A DNA stretch of 64,000 nucleotides from a virus: the IMG/VR virus record IMGVR_UViG_3300022934_000004; one strand, given 5' to 3'. Below, piece by piece: positions 20,801-29,100 of this stretch; position 1 is the first letter of the stretch; every line of letters begins with the position of its first letter. A program made the position numbers and the translations under genes. A model generated the notes under the pieces. The model was given only the letters and a program-made list of their open reading frames with translations. It had not been told where the DNA came from and made no database searches.

Positions 20801-23800
20801 AAGGCTGTTTATGTAACAGGAGCAGCAAATGATTTTCCAACTATTGCTTTATCTAGAGCAGATGATATATCCACTGTCTATAAAACAATAGGTATTACAA
20901 AAGATGATATATCACCATCTTCTTTTGGTTTAGTAGTAAATCGAGGCTTATTTGGTGGAGTAGATACTACAGCATTTTCACCTGGTGATATTTTACATGT
21001 TTCTCCTGATAGCGCTGGAGAATTTGTTGCAACAAATCCCGTATATCCTAACTTTGCTTTCCAAGTTGGTACAGTTTTAGTTGTAGATTCTGCTGGAGGA
21101 AGTCCAGTAGGTGGATGTATACAAATTGAGATTGTAAGAGAAGTTTTTGAAACTATTAGAGTTACAGAAAATTCTAGATTTGATAATGATGTTACTGTTG
21201 GCGGAAACTTAAATGTTCTTGGTACTGAAACAAGAACTTCAATTTCTAACTTAAATGTTGCTGATACTTTCATATATTTAGGTGGTGGTGACACTATTGG
21301 TGCTGGTGGAACAAACTTTAATGGTACTGGTGACCAAAACGCAACATATATTGGTCATTATAAAGGTGACAGCGACGAAACATTTAGAGTACGTATTTCT
21401 GGTGTTGGTGGTGATACTCTTGAATGGGCACTTGATAGTTGGGGTGCAGGTACCTTAACATTCGATTCAGCTGGTGGTCCAACAACATGGAATTTAACTA
21501 CTGATGGCTTAATTGCACCTTTACGATATGGTATTTCAATTGATTTTGATGCAGCCACAGGCCATGATTTAGGAGATAGTTGGAGCGGAGATGCATCACC
21601 AATTAATGTTCAAATTGGTCTTGCTGGTAACTATAATGAACCAGATGATATCTATCGCCATGCTGGCTTGTTTAGAGATGTTGCAGATGGTGTTTGGAAA
21701 TTCTTTGATAATTATGTTCCAGAGCCAGAAGGTCAAATAAACACTGCTGCGCCAACATTCTCTTTTGCAGATTTGAAAGCAAAAGATATTACTGGAGCTG
21801 CTATTGAAGCAACTAATGGATTTACCGGTAATGTCACTGGTACAGTTTCAGATATATCTAATCATACTACTACAAATCTTGCCGAAGGTAATAACTTATA
21901 TTATACATTAGCCAGAGATGATTCTGCCTTTGATGTTAGACTTGCAACTAAGTCTACAACAGACCTAACTGAAGGTAATAACTTATATTATACATTAGCT
22001 AGAGCAGATAGTGCTGCTCGTAGCGCTTTAAGTGTAGATGATCAAAGTGGTGATGGATCATTATCTTATGATTCAGCAACTGGTAAATTTACTTATATAG
22101 GACCTTCTCCAGCTGAGGTTAGAGCTCATCTTTCAGAAGGTAACGGAATCACTTATGATTCAGCTTTAGGCCAGATAACTATAACAGATACTGGAGTAGA
22201 TTCAGGTACATATGGTTCAAGTACTGAAATTCCTGTATTTACAGTAAATACTAGAGGTCAAATAGATTCAATTGGAACAGTTACTGTTGCAGGAGTCACT
22301 GGATTTGTATATGATTCATCAAGTGGAAATCTAACTATTTCTACAGCAGATGGCGCAACTTTCAGTGATAGTATTAACTTAAATCCATTTACTACAAATG
22401 ATCTAACTGAAGGTAGTAATAACCTTTATTATACTACAACAAGAGCAGATTCAGACTTTGATGTTAGACTTGGCATAGCAGGATCTATTGCTACTATTAG
22501 AAGTTATTTCTCAGCTAGTGGTGATTTATCATATGATTCCACTACTGGTGATTTTAGCTTCGATGTAGAACAAGTTTATACAAAAGCTAATTTTGATAGT
22601 GATCTAGGTGATGCACTAATCGGTGGAAAAGGAATATCTTACGATTCATCAACAGATACTATTAACATCGATTCTGCTGAATTCTCTGCAATGTTTACTA
22701 CTACAGATTTACCAGAAGGTGATAATCTATACTACACATTAGCCAGAGTTGATTCGGCATTTGATGTCAGGCTTGCAACTAAGTCAACTACTGATTTAAG
22801 TGAAGGAAATAATCTTTATTACACTAGAGCGAGATTTGATTCTGCTTTAGGCGATGCTACATCAACGGCTACTATTAGAAGTTATTTCTCAGCATCTGGT
22901 GACCTAACATATGATTCTACTACTGGTGACTTCTCAATTGATGTAGAAGAAATTTATACCGCTGCTAATTTTGATTCTGATTTTAGAGTTAGATTATTAA
23001 CTACTACAACTGATTCAATTGGTGAAGGTACTACAAATCTTTATTACACTACAGCCCGCGCTGACTCAGACTTTGATGTTAGACTTGCAACTAAGTCTAC
23101 AACAAACTTAACTGAAGGCGATAATCTATATTATACTACATCAAGAGCAGATTCAGACTTTGATGTTAGACTTGCAACTAAGTCTACAACAAACTTAACT
23201 GAAGGCGATAATCTATATTATACTCAGGCGCGTACTGATTCAGATATTATTTCTAGATTAAAAGATGTAAATGAATTTGATGCTGATTCAGTTGGTACTA
23301 GAGAATTAATTGTGGAAGCTGATGATTCTGCAGGTGATTTAACAATTAAAAATGGAATTATTCATAGAGAGTATCATGGAAGAACTGGTGGTGATAGTAC
23401 ATCTGAAAGAGTTAACATATATGTAAGAACAGCAGCAAAAACAAATACTCATAGATTCTATCAAATAGGATCAGCTGCAGCATATTGGTTATCTTATGAT
23501 TCAGCTGACATAAACACAGGAAGAGAAATTCAAGCTCCTCATTTAGATATGACTCCAGGTGTTAAATATAGATTCTGGACATTCCATTCATCTATGGCAT
23601 CGCATGATGTAAGATTTTATTATGAAAATGACAAATATCAAATATTAACTGATTCAAGTCCAGGTGTAGATATTACATATAACGGAGTAGCTGGCACTGC
23701 TGGAGCATATTCAGAAATTTTAGTTCATGATGGTGGTCCATCTTCTTTAGCATATCAATGTATTAATCACCCATATATGGGTAATCATTTTGCTTCAAAT

Positions 23801-23890
23801 TCATTAGCACTCTCAAGATTATATCAAACTGACTCGGCTATTAATGTTGTTGGAAGATTAAATGCAACAATTGATGGAGGTACGTTCTAA
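14879..23890 (+). CDS. Giant modular tail fibre / virion appendage protein (3003 aa)
   Basis: Fibre repeats (EGxNLYYT; GTYGS..VP..TVD; YDLG...WxDLYL), two propeller-like domains with LSTPYDLST repeats, a LamG/ConA-like domain, a C-terminal cupredoxin-like motif and a terminal IDGGTF. Confidence 0.75.
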   Translation: MAEITLTSQGRTTVVKKVIIGTPVRRVTSGSFSIFNISGISAVGSSHNDLLVFDSSTGNYENESTLRVLKVDDFTIDSNSISATGDINIFATQLNISAPVEATSFKQTQLGAFDDSDLTSKIYVDTEVERVKHVIFTTDDGFTDSVQIYNDEDIKVIGGTGLKTSATKIGTQYQLTIDLDSSGIVTGTYGTATSDVSADFSKGQQITSSNLQQNFAGAPSQSQFNNDGTKWFVIGTNGSFDEEFEEWDLSTPYDLSTATFSQSVSRDMGGETNGAQAMTFNNDGTSLLVFVRRPGGSSPRAISYTFTLGTAYDISTLSAVPGSFKSTNDYGVTGTDKGYAWNNDGTKLFAVSHTQNLAVIDVSTPYDISTQTSYNDYHPTDIDSNITANALWGIAFDNNGSTLYLLESNDTTNEIFKLTLSTPYDVTTATLDEVLDIDETSSYDISYPKSLVTTPDHLIVYGTTSGSEQYTYITKPSGGSGNYGLTIPILQFDSSGILSGVTVSDPITTDNVREGDSNLYYTTARFDDRLDDSSSISTIRSMFSPGGDMVYDSINGIFSVNVLASYNSENFDSDLDDALANSQNIVYNDSLNSFDLTAINESNAGTFGSTTEVPILHVDSYGRIDSISTASISSTLRISADNSAVAIPADTSIEFNAGKYLSVSAADADSAFGPDGWSIDFWYKKDSNTTAGGTGMFQDGIINQHGHFVIFDNTNNGVSTLAIAGSKDNTGSNFWSANTNTVTTTNWNHFHVGYDGTTVRVFVNGTLDNSVTTTSYHGPVTGGTAPLNIGARSGGVGATVTEVLAGQLADVHIQTGTGGVKTSNFSTPTGTPGATSNSLILLYGSSSGWQNATSTTVTEAGTGNAVTTNTLPYTAGSAISSGVDSINLGTDFFNISGQPDNIITTVTDNGINIRLDSGQTSHNSVLGAVQPGLYTYGGGSSIARVSVNEFGIVKHIDATDIQAEITLKNENNTEYTAFTTQNDLKFVGGNGIDVDISGGFSGFDINADAVITVSIDSSELSAIDSVSWLTDSNKLQISTSDGARFVPQINYFGDSVIYDDTLRMNTYKSAVWGTKGNTEQGVSGSFSSIFMMPGGNEQLGGWWFYNNSPAMKFYSKSKNSQTGADKAGSIEFLTYYNDGSSFYEDMIVSNGVALKYKGRQALSIIGPQNGANDSTNVTRFYSHAIPYTGLGVNYDLGDSENPWRDLYLSGQTIHLGEVQLADSNGDFAIRSADGSPGNITAAHISADSGYIGQFRADSAQITNYTATTGFVGQLTVDSINVTDLNISTAIVTNGLTADSAKVQGTLTVRDINVDSGSISQFTADSASITNLNATTISGDSATFTNIVRSGTTVTAGTYGSASEVPILTVDSSGFVDSIGSVSVAGVTAFAWDSATSTATISTADGGSYPATINGFHKITSHLIPSIANTYDLGNDSYRWNDLYLNGTSLYLGDTIIEDSAGGFVFMHNDGSAASPVGVTVPETNYITSTPPTGDTSITAQRMIFNPTGTILQVGGLYTPLTYYDLSTGWDLSTATVDQNNSWTTGGTPWSENVKFDTGSLSFNADGSKVFTGRYNSSIGQLVLHAYDLGTNYVIESVGNNPSQSVNVNVTSLNTAWNDNKPAGWAFNFYSSGRDFKVRVIDSGNKIAMFTGESSSYLDLIVLPLTTPYDLSTIDYTPANAKCFDFEYELTNNIVPGRYADTIIYGEDFQFSNDGTKLWLTVYDRVGASSPFTYEMDFYQFDLSTAYDIDPSSLSYNSSVRLGESASSPYYRLGERIDAFHVEESQNKIFMVVRNEYLNSGGSQLLATSAIVEFSYGSPAIMAQTKMGHVKADSAQISLLNADSGTIGQFTADSASITTLNTTTGNISQFTSDSASITNLNVSTLNAPSLDVDSAHITTLSTNRFNVDSARAGFIQFNVGEYDDNVKPATTEGAVYYNSGPDTLVFKSSSGGPIKIGQEEVTRVYNNTVATIPKGKAVYVTGAANDFPTIALSRADDISTVYKTIGITKDDISPSSFGLVVNRGLFGGVDTTAFSPGDILHVSPDSAGEFVATNPVYPNFAFQVGTVLVVDSAGGSPVGGCIQIEIVREVFETIRVTENSRFDNDVTVGGNLNVLGTETRTSISNLNVADTFIYLGGGDTIGAGGTNFNGTGDQNATYIGHYKGDSDETFRVRISGVGGDTLEWALDSWGAGTLTFDSAGGPTTWNLTTDGLIAPLRYGISIDFDAATGHDLGDSWSGDASPINVQIGLAGNYNEPDDIYRHAGLFRDVADGVWKFFDNYVPEPEGQINTAAPTFSFADLKAKDITGAAIEATNGFTGNVTGTVSDISNHTTTNLAEGNNLYYTLARDDSAFDVRLATKSTTDLTEGNNLYYTLARADSAARSALSVDDQSGDGSLSYDSATGKFTYIGPSPAEVRAHLSEGNGITYDSALGQITITDTGVDSGTYGSSTEIPVFTVNTRGQIDSIGTVTVAGVTGFVYDSSSGNLTISTADGATFSDSINLNPFTTNDLTEGSNNLYYTTTRADSDFDVRLGIAGSIATIRSYFSASGDLSYDSTTGDFSFDVEQVYTKANFDSDLGDALIGGKGISYDSSTDTINIDSAEFSAMFTTTDLPEGDNLYYTLARVDSAFDVRLATKSTTDLSEGNNLYYTRARFDSALGDATSTATIRSYFSASGDLTYDSTTGDFSIDVEEIYTAANFDSDFRVRLLTTTTDSIGEGTTNLYYTTARADSDFDVRLATKSTTNLTEGDNLYYTTSRADSDFDVRLATKSTTNLTEGDNLYYTQARTDSDIISRLKDVNEFDADSVGTRELIVEADDSAGDLTIKNGIIHREYHGRTGGDSTSERVNIYVRTAAKTNTHRFYQIGSAAAYWLSYDSADINTGREIQAPHLDMTPGVKYRFWTFHSSMASHDVRFYYENDKYQILTDSSPGVDITYNGVAGTAGAYSEILVHDGGPSSLAYQCINHPYMGNHFASNSLALSRLYQTDSAINVVGRLNATIDGGTF
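21860..23240 (+). repeat. Coding repeat region of TTxLxEGxNLYYTxARxDSxFDVRL units, including a perfect 72-nt direct repeat (23066-23137 and 23153-23224)
   Basis: About eight protein-level units. The two last DNA copies are identical over 72 nt with an 87-nt period. Confidence 0.85.
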
Positions 23891-23893
23891 GCG

Positions 23894-23901
23894 TATAAAT
23901 A
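23894..23901 (+). promoter_or_regulatory. T4-type late promoter TATAAATA
   Basis: Exact consensus, intergenic. Confidence 0.8.
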
Positions 23902-23953
23902 GACTAAAGTCGAGTTTTTACTCATATATGGCTTCCTTTATTAAGGTGTAACT

Positions 23954-24781
23954 ATGGCAGCAAATATTAAATTAAAAAGATCCTCAGTTTCGGGGAAACA
24001 ACCTTTAGTAGGTGATATTGATTATGGGGAGTTAGCATTAAACTATGCTGACGGTATTCTCTATTACAAAAATAATACAGATGTAATATCATCAATATCA
24101 GGTGGCGGCGCTGAAACTGATAGTGCAGCACCCTCTGGCGCTAGTTTAAGAGATGGCCAGTTTTGGTGGGATGCTACAAACGGAAGACTTAAAATTTATT
24201 ATGATGATGGTGCTGATTCTGCTCAATGGGTAGATGCATCACCTGCCGGTAAAGGTTACACTGGTTCAGCTGGCGCAATTTCATTTAGTGAAACAGCACC
24301 AACAAATCCTTCAGATGGTCAAATCTGGTATAATTCACAAACAGGAAAATCATATCTTTATTACGAAAATCAAGGTAATAGAGCATGGATTTTATTTGCA
24401 GATCCAACTGTAACTGATGGTGACACTGGTTTTACTGGATCTGTAGGCTATGTTGGCTCACAAGGAACAATTTCACCTAGAATGATTTCACTTCTTAACC
24501 CATCAGGTGGTCAAGAAATAACTTTACTTAGAACTTCAACTGCAATATCAATTTCAGAAGTAAGAGCTGTAATTAGAGGAAGTAGTTGTGAATATGCAAT
24601 AAAATATGATACTGATAGGAGTGCAGCTGGAACTACAATCGCAACAGAAACAACTACTAATACAACTACAGGATCAACTCCTGTAATTTCTAATGCTTCT
24701 GTTCCTGCTGGAAATTATATTTGGTTAGAAATTGTTTCTGTAAACAGTTTAACTGAAATTTCAGTAAATGTTACGTTTTAA
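23954..24781 (+). CDS. Tail-fibre connector-like protein
   Basis: N-terminal IKLKRSS...GELALNYADGILYYK fibre domain; two AP...DGQ(F/I)W(W/Y) modules; short GYTGS triplets. Confidence 0.6.
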   Translation: MAANIKLKRSSVSGKQPLVGDIDYGELALNYADGILYYKNNTDVISSISGGGAETDSAAPSGASLRDGQFWWDATNGRLKIYYDDGADSAQWVDASPAGKGYTGSAGAISFSETAPTNPSDGQIWYNSQTGKSYLYYENQGNRAWILFADPTVTDGDTGFTGSVGYVGSQGTISPRMISLLNPSGGQEITLLRTSTAISISEVRAVIRGSSCEYAIKYDTDRSAAGTTIATETTTNTTTGSTPVISNASVPAGNYIWLEIVSVNSLTEISVNVTF

Positions 24782-24791
24782 GGAGTAAAAA

Positions 24792-25748
24792 ATGGTAGCT
24801 TTAAATTTTCCAGCATCTCCTACACATTTAGATCAATATACTGATCCTAATCAAGCTGTTTGGCAATATGATTCAGATGGTCCATTTTGGAATGTTATAA
24901 CAAATACAACACGTAAAAATTTTAGTGGATCTAGAAGAAGAATTCAAACTTCATTTGATGTTACAGAAACATTGTCGGCGATTGAGTTTTTAACTGAAGA
25001 TTTTTCAGTAGATAATTATTTTGGTGGTTCATCTACCAGAGCAACAGTTCCAACCACTGGTTTTTACAGAGTTTATGTTTCTCTTTTTACTTCAACCGGG
25101 GGATCTGGCGCATCTTACACAGCAGAATTAAGAAAAAACGGAGTAGCTTTGTTTACCGTTAATTTAGGGCCAAATCAAAACGTTAATTTTGATGAAACAC
25201 TTTCTTTAGTTGCTGGTGATTATATCGAAGTTTTTGCATCCGAAGGCGCAAGTGTAGGTCAATTTACCGATGAATCAGAATTTTTAGTGTATAGAATAGG
25301 TTTTGCTCCAGGTACTGGAATTAGTAATCACAATGCATTTAGTGGTGCTAGAGCTGTTTTAAATGCAGCAGTTAATACTACAAATTCTGCTACACCTATT
25401 TCATGGTTTACTACAGACTTTAATGCTAATGCAAATGTGATTGGAGATTTATTTTGGTATTCTGGTGCGCCTGATAGATTAACAGTAAGAACTTCTGGTT
25501 TTTATAGATGTAGATCTTTTGTTAGAACTAATTCTTTCGGTGGATCAGAAACATATACTATAGAAATTAAGAAAAATAACGTAACAACCATCGATACAAT
25601 TACGATGGGACCTAATGATCAATTAGATTTTGATGAAGTTTTAGAATTAGCTTCAGATGATTTTATTCAACTAATTATTAGTAACTCCGATAATACTGGA
25701 GCAGTTACTGATGAAACATATTTAGAACTTGTCAGAGAAGGAGTGTAA
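24792..25748 (+). CDS. Fibre protein with two tandem C1q/TNF-like jelly-roll domains
   Basis: N-terminal LNFPASP motif; duplicated FSGxR...TGFYR...L(S/E)LxxxD(Y/F)I(E/Q) domain. Confidence 0.55.
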   Translation: MVALNFPASPTHLDQYTDPNQAVWQYDSDGPFWNVITNTTRKNFSGSRRRIQTSFDVTETLSAIEFLTEDFSVDNYFGGSSTRATVPTTGFYRVYVSLFTSTGGSGASYTAELRKNGVALFTVNLGPNQNVNFDETLSLVAGDYIEVFASEGASVGQFTDESEFLVYRIGFAPGTGISNHNAFSGARAVLNAAVNTTNSATPISWFTTDFNANANVIGDLFWYSGAPDRLTVRTSGFYRCRSFVRTNSFGGSETYTIEIKKNNVTTIDTITMGPNDQLDFDEVLELASDDFIQLIISNSDNTGAVTDETYLELVREGV

Positions 25749-25751
25749 TCT

Positions 25752-26120
25752 ATGGCATTCGTTAAATCAACCAGTACACTTTCTGCTGATGCCATTACGG
25801 TACCAAACCTTTCTGGCGGTGATAATGGTAAAGTAGTAAGAATTTCTGGATCAAATACAGCAACTAATGCTGCAAATACTGATACTGCTACTCAACTTCA
25901 AACAGTATTAATTAAAATCGGTGATGAGTATTATGCTGGAGGAACTGTTTCTGGTTTTGCTGGATTGACAGCAGGTACGCCATTATTTTTAGATGCAACA
26001 GGAGGATTAACAACATCTCCTCCTACACCTACTGCTTCAACTAGAGCGTTATTTATCGGTTTCGCTTTAAATACAACAGACCTTGTTTTTAGACCGGGAA
26101 TACCTATTTCAGGAACATAA
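25752..26120 (+). CDS. Small structural protein (capsid-cement/DUF2190-like pattern)
   Basis: GLTAGTPLFLDATGGLTTSPP...IGFALNTT pattern; a related segment is embedded in the 3003-aa fibre. Confidence 0.45.
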   Translation: MAFVKSTSTLSADAITVPNLSGGDNGKVVRISGSNTATNAANTDTATQLQTVLIKIGDEYYAGGTVSGFAGLTAGTPLFLDATGGLTTSPPTPTASTRALFIGFALNTTDLVFRPGIPISGT

Positions 26121-26123
26121 CAT

Positions 26124-29100
26124 ATGACTATTGCTAACGTAACTAGAGCTATTGCACTTGCTGATGACTCAGATTTTTTGGGTCTTCCAGTTATGCACCA
26201 TATATCTGAACAGGGTTATTGGTATACTTATCACCCTTCAGATTATGATTCAAATGCAACTTTAGCAGGTAATTCACTTACAATATATGAGTGGGATTCT
26301 ATATCTTCTATTGCTTCAGCTGACCAAGTTTCTGGATTTTCAAATAGAATAGAATTAGATGGAACTGCAGCATTTATTGATGAATCACACGGAAATGGTA
26401 CTTTACGTTATCATGGAGGTTGCATTGTTCATATTGGCGCTGGAGTTAATGATATTACTAACGTAAGCGAAGATGATGCTTTCTTTATGGGTCATATTGG
26501 TACTTGGGGCGATGATGGACCAACAAACGGTGGTCTATTAGAAGACGATGCGTTTTATTGGGATAGATTTTATCAAACTACAGCAGGCGGCGATTGGAAT
26601 TTTTATCAATATCATAAACACTTACCTTCTAATTATCCAAAATTTGATGATGGTAGACTTGTTTTTGCGGCGGATGATTATATTAGACCAGCAGATAAAC
26701 AATATGGATATTTAATTAATGTAAGAGCTAGCACTGGTGGTAGGTCTTATAATGTTCCATTAGCTCGTATTCACACACCTTCTATTGGTGGTGCACACAA
26801 CTCTCACAATGATGTTACTTTGCCAAATGCTTCTGGTGTTAATTTTGTAAATGGTGGAATCATTTCTGGAGGATCAAATAGATTCCATGCAGCGTATTTA
26901 GATTCAAATGGAAGTGGAGATTGGAATTTTTATACAAGAACATATACTTCAAGTTCGGGGTCCTTCACTCCAGAAGTTAATTATGGTTCTTATGATTTAG
27001 CTGATCCTGTAAACACGCCTTATGCTGGTGGTGATGCTCAAGCAGAAGGTAGTTTAAGTCAATATCCTATGAGATTATCTGCAGGACATGCTTTTGGGAC
27101 TAAAGTTTACTGGCCAGTTTTAATGAATTCAACTTATAAGACATTTAATGTAGAATTATATGGAAATAACGCTAACAACCGATACTATGTCGCCGGTGAA
27201 CACAGAGACGATCCCGATAAATTAGATTATGTTGCTGGTGGAGATTTCGCCACTATGTCACAACAGCCTACAATATATCTAAAAGTAGGTGATACTATTG
27301 TATTTGATGCAACACAGTCATATCAAGCTCACCCAATGTATGTGAAAGATAGTTTGACAAACCTTCAATCTACAACACAAAACGTAGCCGCAGGGTCTTC
27401 TGGTAATGGAACAGCTACAGTAACATGGGATACTACTGGATTAACGCCAGGTGATTATTATTATGTGTGTGTAATTCACCTTGCTATGTATGGTAAAATT
27501 GTGTTAGAACCTTCTAATGGTTGTGTTGACGCTCAAATTTGGAGTGTTACTGATGCTAATACTATTTCACCAGGAACATTAAGTAGAGTAGATCTTCCAT
27601 GGAGATTTACAGGAAGAGATGATAAGCCAGATATTTTAATTACAAGTGTAGGCGATAAACTTTATATTGCTGGTGGATCAGCTAGAGATGGTGGTTTACA
27701 CTTATATAGCGCTGAAGCAATAGACTCTACAGGAAGCTTTTATGATGAAGGAAAAATTATAAGCACTGATTCTGCAAATCCTGCAAGATTACATGGATTT
27801 AAGTATAATGCAACGAATACAAAATTTTATGCATTAGCTTCAGCTGATGGACAAGCTAATTTTAAAGGATTGTATAGTTTTGACTTAGCTGGAGGTACAT
27901 TTGATGGTTATGAGCATTTAAAATGGAATGATTCTGGATATTTTCAAGATATAGGTGCAACAACAAGTGGATACATAGAATATACTCATGCAGATGCTCA
28001 ATATACTGCAAAAACAAGCATTGAGCCAGAAGGTATACCAAATGGATCTTCTATTTTAAGGTGGGATGTTGCTTCTCCACAATTTTTTAATAGAAAAGAA
28101 ATAAACACTAATTCTGAAGAATATCTTTTCCAAGGAATTTATTTAAGCGATGGAAGAAAAGCTTTAGTTGGTAGGATTGAAGGACATGTAGGAAATACTG
28201 GAACTGAGCAAACTGGAGATTTATTACTTACAATAGTTGATAATGAAAATAACTCAATAAGTTATTCTTGGGGTGGAACCGGAGATGATTTTATTACAGG
28301 TATTATAGAAGATGAAGAAAATGATAGACTTGTGATATCTGGATATGCTAAAGGTGAATTAGGTACTAAATCAAATCAGTGGGTTCATGGTTGGGCAAGA
28401 AGATTAAGAAATACTGATAATACAGCAGGAATAACATTCACTGGCATTGATATAGATCAATATGGACATTATACATTATCTGCAAATGATAATTTAAATG
28501 GAGATGCTCTTCTTACATGTTATAATAAGAATTTTGATTACTTAACGACTGTTGCTATGTCATTAGGTGCTGAATCTGATAATTTTTCTGGTGTTCTTAC
28601 TACGGCCAATAACAAAAGATTAGTTACTGGTGGAACTAAAAATTTAACATTAGAAAAAAATGCGTTTGTTATGAATGTTGATTCTGATCTTACAACTGTA
28701 AATTGGGCTAAAGGATTTGGATCTAGTACAAATTATTTAACAATAACCGATCATTGTTTAATTCAAAATTCAGGAACTGAATATGCAATTTGTTTTGCTC
28801 AAATAAACACTACTGTTAATCAAGAAGATTATCAAAAAGAAGGTGTTTTATTTGGTGTTAATACTTCAAATGGAAGTGTAATTTTCCAAAAATCAATAAG
28901 TGGTTTAGTATCATCTCCCTCTACGCAAAGATGGGTATCTTCAATTACGCCCGGCGCGCCTAATACTGGTACATTTTTTATTGCTGGTGCATCAGGTATC
29001 GAACTGTCTTCCCCAACTAGAGTTTATAAAACCCCATTTTTTGCTTATGGTGATATTAATACTGGAGATGTTATACAATATATTGAAGATAAATGGGGAG

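Noticed and set aside
23902-23953. Tiny hairpins (GAGT-tttt-ACTC; CCTT-tatt-AAGG over the Shine-Dalgarno) in the leader of 23954
   Set aside because: Four-base-pair stems are too weak to distinguish from chance.
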